DNA of 32,052 nt from Hyphochytrium catenoides. Taxonomy: Eukaryota > Protista > Hyphochytriomycota. The stretch covers positions 1-32,052 of the forward strand of contig FLMG01004093.1 in the NCBI GenBank assembly GCA_900088475.1, in the 5' to 3' direction. This document shows, in pieces, positions 11,288 through 21,890 of this stretch. The position numbers were made by a program, and so were the translations under genes. How positions within the stretch are numbered: the first letter of the stretch is position 1; every line of letters starts with the position of its first letter. The notes beneath the pieces were generated by a model, which saw nothing but the letters and a program-made list of their open reading frames with translations, had not been told where the DNA came from and did not search any database.

Positions 11288-14200
11288 ATGCAGACAGCAA
11301 CGACCGAATTTCCCACCACAGATGAGAACGACAATGGAAACAAGGCCTCGATGGCATTCTCAGCTATCTCTAGCTCATACGGAGGCCAAGCTCTGAAGGT
11401 CAGTAGTAACCTGTACAACTCTGGTGCTATGACTTTGTCCCTCATCTATGAGAGAATATTTTCAGGGTTTGGTGGATAAGAAGTGGAGCATCCGGAAGTG
11501 CGATCCCTTGAACGAAGACGACGGACCTTTGAAACACACTGCTGAGAAAGTACTTAACGTACTCCTAAGAGATATCCTGTCAGCCAAGGACTCCTTCTCC
11601 TACCACGCATCTCTGTCTACCTGTCCCCTGCTCTTGCCTCTAGCTTTCTGCCCCTGGTCTTCCCATGGGCTACTCTTTTCTCTTTGTTTATCATCACCCT
11701 CCTCTCAGATTCCGGTGAATTGCTCTTCATCTATCACTCGGAGTTAGCCCTTGACTTTCCATACATGGAGATACAGAGAGCACAGAGTTGATTGATGTTT
11801 ATTTCTATGATCTATGGGCTGAAGCGATGACGGTCCTAAAGCAGAAGGTAAGCCTTAGAGTCTGCACGCCTACCCGGAAAACAATATTCTGTCTTCCGTT
11901 TTCCTTTCGTCTCACCTTCTCGTCCACTTTCTATCATATGTCCTCCCTCTCTTTCCAGGACCAAATTGGCTTGTCTGGGAGTGGCGTCTACGCGGTTCCG
12001 AACCTAAGGTGCGGGCGTCTAAACGCTGCCGCCTCTAGATGTCTTTCTCCGACCTCTTTTGACCGCTTTTTTTCTCTCCTGCCTGCTCTCTCTGGGCCAG
12101 GATGACCTCAGCCATTCATCCTCTCTATTGCTCTTGCTCTGGCTCCGTCTTTAGATTTGTAGTGCATTGTCCTTCCGCTCAACTTCTCTTGCTCTTTCAA
12201 AACGGTGCTCCTTATCTCCCTTTGTATGTGGGACTTTGACTAAAGGCTGTACCAGGCGAGATCCCGATCATCCTTTGTGCCTTGTTATAGCAGAGGAGAG
12301 TCTCTTGCGCACCGCTGGGCTATTTACGGGTTCTTCTCTGGTGTCCGTGGAACACTGGCCTAACATCCAGTCTTCCCAATCGACAATGCAAAAATTGGGG
12401 CCAGTCCGAGCCATTCAGTCCACCTCTCTAAGACAGGGTCAGGCGGTGGTTCACCTTTACTCTTATTCCTACTCTTTTTCTTGCTCCTCCACCATCTGCA
12501 TTTTTCTTCCCCTTTACTTATCTTGCCAACGTGATCGCTCTAAAGAAGGGCCTAACCCCCTGTCTTCTTGTCTTAGATCTCTCAGCGTGGCTCTCAGGCT
12601 TTGCCTTGGCAGCAAGAGGAAACGATGCCACGGTGCGTCTCTCCACTATTGAGCTTTGAACGGCCAACGTCTTATTACTCCGTTACTCAGCTTCAAAGGT
12701 GTATGCATTCTAACCCCTATATGTGTTTGTAGACGTCGAGAAAAAGGGCCAGAGGATCTGCAGATGACTTCGAGTAATTTCCGCACTTCTTTCTCTTTGC
12801 TATTGCAAAAAACCGCAGCGAATGCATATCTCTGACGACTCGCTTTCGTTGCTTGGCACATTCATCTTCCTCGACGGCCCGCAGCTACACCGAGTTCAAT
12901 CAGTTAAGCCGGGGTCTCGCATGCATATATGGGGTCGTTGCCAACTTCAAGTTTCCTCAGAGGACTCGGGGAATCGACCACTATGTATGTTGTTAACCCA
13001 TTAGAGTGCTGACAGCGAAGGGCAGAGAGAAACATGATCTCACAAAAGGACCTTGCAGTCGGAGAGGCTTAGAGGAATTTTGATGGTTAGGGACAGACGG
13101 AAGAAGAGGTTAGGAACTGACAATAACCTCTCTTCCCAGATGAGCTTTTCACTTATTGATCCTACCATGCCTCGACGAGAGAAAAGTTTGACTGTAAACA
13201 TCTTTGCCAAAGATGAGAAGGACTTCCCTAAGGTCTTGGTACGTGTCCTTCGCGGTCTCTGCGTTTTTGCTACGTCGCCAGTTGTCACTGGTGAGGCCTC
13301 TCCTGCGTTCAGAAAGGCCACTAAACTTTGAGTCTAGTTTGCAGGAGACATCGTAAGGTTCCATCGCTTGAAGATTGACATGTACAATAACAGTCCACAA
13401 GGCCAAGGAGCGCTCTCAAAGTATGTTTTTCCTGGGGCTACGGAGAGGGTGAGGGGATACGGCAAAAGTTAGGATGCAAAATAGAACCAAAGGCTTGAAG
13501 AGCGAAACCGATTGCACATGCAGAGATTCATGAACTTTAGGGACACGGGGGGAGACCAGGTAAAGGCCTGAGATCGACCGCTTTTCCATTTTGAACTTTC
13601 AGAGGCCTATCCTGCCTTCTCATTCGTGGAGAAGAAGGGAACGAGACTATAGAAAGTTCGTCAAAAGAGTACACCTTCACACAGAGAGACAAGGACATCA
13701 TCTCTAGACTCAGGTGACCTTTGCATCCCATTCATTCTGCTGTAACTCTTGATGACCACTAGCTCACACTAGGACCTGGGCTCGGAAAGCTCTGGCTGAG
13801 GACAGCTCACCGTCCTTTGGCTGCATTCAGAGCCTTAGTGACATCAGACCTGGTATTGGGGCCACACGCTTTGATCTCGTGTGCGAGATGGTTCACGTAG
13901 GTCCAACCCCTTGAATCTATCTCAATTACTTATTGCTCCTATGACACGCAAGCTTTGGGCTGGACTGTGAGCAGACAGGTCCCCCATTCGCCATCTTCTG
14001 CTTCTTACTTTCATGGCCTTAAGTGTACTGTTCAGCGTCGGCCTCATCGCGGTCAATGCTCTTTCCAGAGAACCTCCTCGTTCGTTCTGACTTGCTTCTT
14101 GTGCCTCATCTATCTATCTTACATCTTGACTCTTCATCCTGCCCGGATAGCTTACAGCTCCAGACCCCATTGAGAACTCCCCTGCCTATCTGGTGGTCTG

Positions 14201-15906
14201 TGACGGAACCCTCTCTGCAGTAGAGAATAGATGGGTTACTCGCGCAAACGACAAGTACGTAGAGATTTACCGGCTACAGCTGTAAGGCCTGCGTCACCCT
14301 CAATCATCTCTTTGCTTTTTCCAAGAACTTGGCCTTGAGTTAGACCCTACTTCAAAGATGCTTTATCTCGCTTTCAACCTAATGCTTACGCATTCCCATA
14401 TCACTCTCGTTTTCGATTATTATCTCTTATAATAGGAGCTATCTGCACATCCAAATTGCTGGACATTGGGACGCTCTGAGGGCCATAGATATCGAAGGAC
14501 TCAGATCTAGCGGTAGCCGTCTGCATTAGAAATTCTGCGACTTATGCCCGAGAGAATGTTAATGGTCGAATCGTGGCTCTTATCTGTACAAAGGGAAAGG
14601 AAGCTGGGCAAGGCTTCGGAATCTAGACTATGTAGAGACTCGAGAGAGTGGAATGAGGGCAATCTTCACATCCTACAGCAGCTTGGTGCTCCTTCCCAGC
14701 TTCGCATTCGAAGTCCGTGGCAAAGAGATCAGGTAAGGATCTCGTGATCTCTTTCTTCTCTTATCCGCCACAACCCAGGTGCCTTCTATCTAATGTCCTG
14801 CCGCATGTTCCACTTTCTGTGCTCAGCCTGATAAGCGTCAGTGTCTCTTAAGCATGTCGTTTATCGGACTTCCTAGACGCGGCTTCTAACCCTCCTATCT
14901 ATCTATGGAACAGGGCTGCGGAGCAGGTTTTGGGATCTCTTCAAGGTATATATCGGGGGTTGCGGACAAAGAAGCTGTCTCATACGTCCTCTGCTAACCA
15001 GCGCTGACTTGACAGAAAGAGAGGACCCTATGGTAGTTTCGGAGATTACTGACGACATTATAAGAGCCTTCCAACCATTGGCAGCTGTACTATGTGCCGA
15101 ACCGGTCAGTAACTACAGGAGCCGGATAAGCATGCTCTGCCTCGTGCTATGTCCTCCCCTCTCTGACTCCATCGCCCTTTGCCTCCTCTTGCTTGTCTCC
15201 TCTCTTATCCCGTAATCCTTCCTGTGTCATGTTGAGCAGTCCTCGAGACATCGTTGCGTGTTACGAGTGCTCGACTATTGGCCCCAAAATCCAGCGGACA
15301 TGACCACAATAGATGATCGATGGTAGGATGGAGAGGCTGGACTGATGGTGACGAGAGGCTAGATCGCTTCCAAGGCTCACCCTCCCTCTCTGCTGGCTGT
15401 TTTCCACTTTCACCTCGCCTTTAGCGGTGAGAGAACTTTTCTCTTCTGTCTGCGGGTCCAGGACGAGAGCGCGAGCGTCGATCTCATTGTTGCTCACCGT
15501 GACGCGGTAGGAATCCGCCATTTTTTCAGCTCTTCACCTAGATAGCGCCACACAAGCCACCAAAAACACATGTGGATACCTTTATCGTTCTGCTAGTATC
15601 CCTCTTAGAGCTTACACGTATCGCTTCGTACTGTTACCTGTCGCTGTCGTGCCAATCGTCATATATTCTTCCCCTTAACGAACTTCCTATTCTTAGGTCA
15701 CCTTATTAGGCGGTACCACCGCGCAACAGTTTTATGAGGATCCGGGGCTGCAAGAGGCTGCTATTGAGAAGCTACAGCAACTTAAAGAGCCTACATCCCG
15801 GCTTGACTGCCATGTGCTAGCTTATGAGATCGACCTTGACGACGCTGAGGCGACGAAAAGGAAAGCCCGCAGGCGGTTCAGACTCATTGGTACTCGATTG
15901 AAATAA
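11288..15906 (+). CDS. POT1: Protection of telomeres 1 (POT1/TEBP-alpha family) single-stranded telomere DNA-binding protein, ~20 exons, with N-terminal extension
   Basis: Exons that join in phase: ~11777-11847, 11959-12008, 12256-12437, 12577-12632, 12733-12773, 12885-12984, 13140-13238, 13338-13420, 13603-13713, 13773-13896, 14151-14281, 14436-14512, 14594-14732, 14914-14945, 15016-15104, 15240-15322, 15425-15506, 15697-15906. Probable 5' exons are 11288-11398 and 11466-~11580 (junction unresolved). OB1: YTEFNQL..IYGVVANFKFPQRTRGIDHY..SLIDPT..VNIFA..FP..GDIVRFHRLKIDMY. Linker: SSKEYTFTQRDKDIISRLRTWA. OB2: FDLVCEM, LVVCDGT, GSWARLRNL. C-terminal OB: RHRCVLRVLDYWP, LRVQDESASV, LDCHVLAY..FRLIGTRLK. 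Confidence 0.88.
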
Positions 15907-16066
15907 AGTCAGCCTTCACCCATTTCTCCCATCATTCCTATCGCCGTCACCACGAGATGGGCGCTTGACTGTTGTCCATGCGCTAATCTCTTCTTCAAAC
16001 ACCACAGTCATTCCCATGCTACAGTTGTTCCTCCCATAGCTAATCGAGCATCTGCGGGGTGGTTCG

Positions 16067-17949
16067 TCACTGGTCCTGCTTGATCTCGCAGACTGACCAT
16101 TCTGTCTCTACCATTATCCAATGCAAGTAATTTGTAAAGAACGGTCCCCATGTAACATATTGAATGAACATGACCTTGAAAACCGAACGCCAGTGTTGAG
16201 TCCAGTACGCGAACATCTCTCCTTGGGACAGCACCTCCACAACCAAAGCGAAGCCCCAGACCACGCAGAGGACCACAAGGTATGGGTAGAACGTCAGATC
16301 TAGCTTGAAGACGCCCTCACCATCAGTGCACGAGGTATGGACCAGGTGTATCTTATAATAACGGCAAGCTGAAGCGATGACGGCTGTGGATCCAATCCCA
16401 AAGAGGATGCAGATGACGAGAACCAGAGCTTTGCGATGGAGCCAGTGGTAGGAGAGAGACGAGATGTAATGAGGCTCAACTTGCTCTTCTCCGGTCGGGC
16501 CTTTCTTCTGAGGACCTGTTTCTTCCCTCCTAGCTACGTCCTCCCCATTTGGAGCTCCTAGCCTAGCCGCACCGAACCCCACAATCTTGGGCTCTACTAA
16601 TGCTTTTGAGTTTGCCACTGGTGTGCAACGCTGGACTTCCGCTTTACCCGGCTTGTAACAGGTGCTTAGGGGCATTACCGCTCCCGATGGTAGCGGTGGA
16701 GCTGCAGGCAAGGCTCTATTGTTGATTTTCGACGACGCTCCAGCTTCTTCTCTTGGCGTCACTTGTCGGTCTGACAGTGTGTACACCCTTCCGCTGGACA
16801 CACGTCCCCATATAGTCCTAGAATGCCGTCTGTAGGCAAAAGAGATGATGAACCCAAGCAAGGTGGAGGTGGTGGCAAGCGCCATCACGACAAAGGGCCG
16901 CCTCGCGTAGCTAATGCTGAGGAGAATTTGCATCATCTGGAAGCCAAATTGAATAGCACCGAGTAGTGCCGACTCATCCATTCCTCTGCCCGTTTGACTC
17001 GTGAGCAGCTTGTAGATACTGGCCTGCAGCAACCAGGACAGACCGCTATAGAGAAAGGGAATGGCAATGGCTAAGATCGAAAGGACGTCTGACTTTCGTC
17101 CGGAGGTGCCTGCTACATGGGAGCTGGCTAGGGTGAAGATCACATTGGGAAAGAGCAACATTGCAGTGAAAGGCACCGGAATTGTAAGCAGTCTCCGGAT
17201 AAAGGTCATAGGATGCCGATGGTAAAGAAGCGCTATAAACTGAAACAGAAAGGCGAGTGTGTTGACCCCACTAGATCGCTGCTTGACGCTAACTCTGTCA
17301 TAGATAAAGTAGCCGATTCGGCCGACGGCTGTGATGGTGATGATAATGACTGAGAGATACATTCTCCTCCTTCCGTTGCCGCTGTTTACCTCATGTGGCA
17401 GGGTTAGACGGATAAAGATGAATAGCGCGATATGAGTGCACACGACCCACGTGAGGATCTCATGTATCAACCCTCCCACCGACCGCTGATGCTGCCAGCA
17501 GGAAGGGTTATCATCCTTATAGCAAGGGGACCACTCCGGCTTTGACGTGGCATTGGGCAGCACAGTAATAAGGAGGACTCGAACGGCTAGAAAGAGGGCA
17601 GCGAAGAACGCTGCCACCAGCGGCACGACGATGGACTGCAAAGTGAGCCAGAGCACCTTGGCTCTCAGGGAGGAACGCTTTCCTATTATATATGCCTTTT
17701 GAGCTTTGGTGCTCTGTGCATTGCCGCTAGAGAGTGAACAAGGTTTGAGGGAGAAACACGAGCTTGAAGGTAAGGAACAACGACCATATCGACAACAGTG
17801 TGAAGCTTCGTAGATTACCTTAAGCCATCCATAACTTGGGGAGGACCCTGAAGCAGCGGGTTACAGCCTTTGTCTTCTCCTACTAGCGCTCCCATCCGCC
17901 GCTGCTCTCCAACTCCTGAGGGCGCCGCTGCTGAATCACGCTTGCCCAT
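16067..17949 (-). CDS. Uncharacterised multi-pass membrane protein (~10-11 TM), paralog A
   Basis: 529-codon ORF 16067-17656 with many hydrophobic segments, extended by a phase-2 intron at 17818-17727 to a probable first exon starting MGKRDS at 17949. It aligns by eye along its length with the 22074-23678 ORF. Confidence 0.8.
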
Positions 17950-18661
17950 ACTTTTGCTTCTGTTCTGTATAAGAGTAAGATAGCTCGCTGTGAGGGAGGG
18001 ACCGACAAAGGAATGGCTTGGCTGTAGACGATGAATGGGTCCCACTATGGCGTACGGCTCTGGGATCGCTGTTGGTCCAAGTGAATCCCTAAGCATCAGC
18101 TTCTAGACCCGTCCATTATGCGAGGCTGACCTTGACGGGTGATGGTGCAATTAGTTTGCTGCATAATTTCAGTACCTTTTTGTCGATCTGGAGCCTATAT
18201 AACAAGAGGACGAGGTGACAGGGTAACACTTTCGAGCTATAGCGCTTGCCTCGTGTCACCAGCTGGTGTCCCATCCAGGATGTTCATGAGAGTTATTGTT
18301 TGGCGATGCGTGAGAAAGTCCCGATCAAGATGGCGTATGACGTACTTAGCACTCTTTCCTAACCTCATTATCCTCTCTCCTTTCTCCTATCTTCTGCTCC
18401 TCTTTCTTCCTCAATCATCCCTTGCCCTGTGTAGTGCTGAAGGAGCTGCGCTGCCCTGCAGTGCTAGGAACCCTGAGAAGAAGCAGGAGGAGGAGGAGAT
18501 GAGGAAGGCAGAGCTGAGACGAGTGACGTCCCAAGCGCTCGCTGCACGTGCTGCAGTGACTGAGAGAGGTTGCCTTGGGCCTTCCTTGTCTGACACAGAG
18601 AGGAGGAGAGACAAGCGCTTCTTGCACCTTCGCCCTGGACATCAGGAAACCCTAAGATATA

Positions 18662-20458
18662 TGTAACGCCCCATAGAGCCGCTAACGCCCATTACACACC
18701 CATAGTACTGACCTCTACACGTACGTACGTTCGGGGGGGGACCACCCCATGATTGATAGAGAGATATAATTCTTTGATGGAGGGTTGATATACAGCCATA
18801 ATATTAGTACAAGTACAGGGATAAAACGGTACTGGGGGGCGCCGCGTAGTAAAGACAAAAGGAGGAAGGAAAACGAAGAAGAAGGAAGAAGATTGCGGCC
18901 CAGTAGTGGGCAGTGTGTACTACCGAAGACGTCAACGAAGGGTCAGCTGTCTAAAGCTAGGGCGGAAAGGACCAACCGGCCGGCCTGCTACCACAAGGTC
19001 GACGTAGGAAGGAGTAGTGACGCTAATAACAACGGCGCCGGAGTCACCCCCAAATATAATGAGAAGAGCTCCTCTTAAGCAAAGAAAGGCACTCAATACG
19101 GGAAGAGCCGCCTTAGAGCGAAGGACGTCAATCTTCTGACTGAAGAAGGGAGCCATTGTGTAGCCTTCTGGCACGAGATGGTGACACTTTGACTCTACTG
19201 CGCCCTTCCCCTCTACTCTCTATCTGAAGTACTTCTTCATCTCCAAGCACCAAATACTATAACAGTAACTAGCAACCTTGAATAGGACAATCTAACAACT
19301 ATATAAGCCCACTTCTCAGATAACAGAAGCCCGATAAGAAGATTGAGGAGAACGTGTTAGTAGTCAGGTGTTGCTGCAGTGCACTGAAGAAAAAAAATGC
19401 TGTTGTCCTCTCCATGTTGTCAGAAAGAGCGACGCAATAGTCTCTAAGCAACAAGGAAGAGAAGCCAAAGCTATGAGTATTATTCTACAGCAACATAGAA
19501 TAATTGATCAGGCCGCCCCATGCAATAGACTATTATGCAGTAGCAGCAGGTCGCCAAAGCTGATTCGATGTCGAAGTGAGTGACTGCTGAGAAGGCACAT
19601 TTACTGCTGCGTCTACAGCAACTAATGGAGAGAGGCTGGTGCCAAGTCAAGCTCACAGAAGCAAAAGTCATCGTAAGGAGGTGCTGCTTCTAACGTATAC
19701 CATAGATCTCCATATAACCACCATCTGACCCAACAGCACGACCGCTGTTGTTGAGCATCATCCCAACCTTCGACTCCGGACCGGCTGATGTAACAATTCC
19801 TTCTTTTCATCGATACATTGAGAATGTTTCGGTCAAGCCAAAAGTCACGTCCGTAGTCAGAAGAGTGGTAGTCCTCCAAACCTTGATACTCTTGTTGACA
19901 CTCTTTTGCATATTTAGCTGTTAGTAGTAGTAGTCTGGACCTTGCATGTCCTGCATAGCAATGGGATGCAATTGCCGCGCTTGCCGCGCCCTAATTTGTC
20001 CTCTCACTTCACATTTTCCAGATGATCTGCACTTCGGCTATTGCGCTAGAGTGTTCTTTCCTAGGCTTCCTGTGTGCCTACCATTAGCGTACGGTGAGAG
20101 ACGGGTGTCGGGAAGAACTTATTCTTCTGGCAGGCTCTACTAGCTACAGACTGGTTCCCAACAGGTAAGGCCTTCGCTGAAGTTAAGCCCCTCTTCTCTC
20201 AGTCTGTCGCTCGTACGGCTAGTGCGCGACAACGGCGGCGACTATCACGTCAGGAGGCCAGGCCGCCTATGATCATCCCTTCTGCTATTGCTGCCTGCTG
20301 GCGGGAAGGCTTATTATTTGGAGCTCAGGACAGGCAAGCACAATTTTTCGATGATTGATCTATGTGTCCTGATCTATGTGTGTGCGTTGTTGTAACAGAC
20401 ACGCTGTACGCAGCCTAACCTCCCCATGTGAAGAGCGTTAGCGGCTATATCCGTTACA
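18662..20458. repeat. Imperfect ~27-bp inverted repeat pair (18662-18690 and 20433-20458) with TGTAAC...GTTACA ends; possible transposon or LTR remnant
   Basis: Left copy is TGTAACGCCCCATAGAGCCGCTAACGCCC; the reverse complement of the right copy is TGTAACGGATATAGCCGCTAACGCTC. No target-site duplication and no transposase or reverse-transcriptase ORF were seen. Confidence 0.45.
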
Positions 20459-20553
20459 GCCCCCAGCTGGTGAGCTGATTGATGTTGATGAGAACGGGAA
20501 ATGGGGGGGGATAGAGGGGTCTAGGAACTCTTCACTGTCGTCTCTCTCTTTCT

Positions 20554-20555
<2 letters not shown>

Positions 20556-20584
<29 letters not shown>
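20556..20584. repeat. (TC)n microsatellite at the start of a ~0.8 kb pyrimidine-rich tract
   Basis: Directly visible perfect TC run. Confidence 0.9.
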
Positions 20585-20588
<4 letters not shown>

Positions 20589-21890
20589 CTCTTTTGCTTT
20601 CTTTCGTTCTCCCGCTTCTCCGGTTATTCTCTGTCTCACTCCCTGCCACTCTCGCTTATCTTTCCCTTTCACTTTTCTTTTCGCTCTCTCTCCTCCTCTC
20701 TAATCCCTCTCCTCGATCTTAGCCGCCCCCACATCCCACTCCTTTCTCTCTCTCCGTCGCCCTGTCTCTCTTGTCGCTCTTTCCTTACACTTTATGCTAG
20801 CAACGATAACCTTCGTGCTGTCATTTCTGCCTCATATCTGATGGGCTCCTGCTGCTGAGGACTCCCTTCCCTTCTCTCCAGCCGCAGGATGGCCTGGGCT
20901 TATCTAGTTGCTTGATATAATATATAGGAACATCGTCGCTCTTCCTTCCCTCCTCCTCCTACTGTTGTCTCCGTCGCCCTCCTCGAAGTCCTTCTACCCT
21001 GCTCTTCGTGGAGGCTTTGACTATCTGTTGCGCTTCCTTCTTCTCTTACTTGTTACGAAGAGCTTTAGGAGCTTTTTCAGAATGTAGTGCAACCACTCTT
21101 TCCTTCCCTCTCTTCTCTCCTCTCTCCTCCCATCTCTCTGTCTCTCTCTCTTTTGCTGTATCGTCCTACCTCAGCGTCCTTTCTTCCTCTTACCCTTCTT
21201 TTCTTCTTCGTTCGCATCCTCATGTCTTTATCTCTTTCATCTTAGCTGTGCTGTCTTCTTTCTGCTGCGCCATTCTTCCCATCCTTCCCTGGAGCATCTC
21301 AAACCCCTATTGACTGCTGCTGTTGATGCTGTCCCCAGTCAAATGCATTCATTACCACTCACCACGGGGCTTCCTCCTCCCTCTTTCACAGTGCTAAGCC
21401 CGCCCCCACCTCCTCCTGCCTAGCTTCTGACAATTTCCCTATCAACGCGCCTCTCGCCCGCATCCCAGGTATGGGGGACTCGCTTATGGCCTCCCACCCT
21501 ACTTATTCTACCCATTAGCAGTCGCTGCCCACCCTTTAGCGGCACTACCAGCCGCCAGGCTATTTAGGGAGTCTTGCTGCTTCACTTGCTGCTGAGAGCG
21601 CTAATGTTGGAAGCCTTAGGACGACTGCGCAGGTCTTTCTAAACCGAGAGCAAGAGTCGATGGGCGAGAGCAGAGTTTTGACTTTCTTCCCTCGTCATCA
21701 GGTCAACCATATTGGCAGCAGGGAGCGAAGGAACATGGTGATGCCAGTACTACTGCACCAGAGTTCATAGATGGGAGCCCGTATATTCATTCATCTTTGG
21801 CGCGAGCCTCCTAGCAGGAACCGTTGTAGGGATAAAGCGGAGGGAACGTGACTCTTGCTCGCCACAAAGAGCAAGGGAGGTGAGCCCACA

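Noticed and set aside
11701-11790. Two in-frame TGA codons suggesting a variant genetic code or selenocysteine
   Set aside because: Long genes in the window read without internal TGA, use TGG for Trp, and several end in TGA. Splicing explains the stops more simply.
14513-14600. Apparent frameshift in POT1 OB2
   Set aside because: Resolved by an 81-nt GT-AG intron (14513-14593) that keeps the frame.
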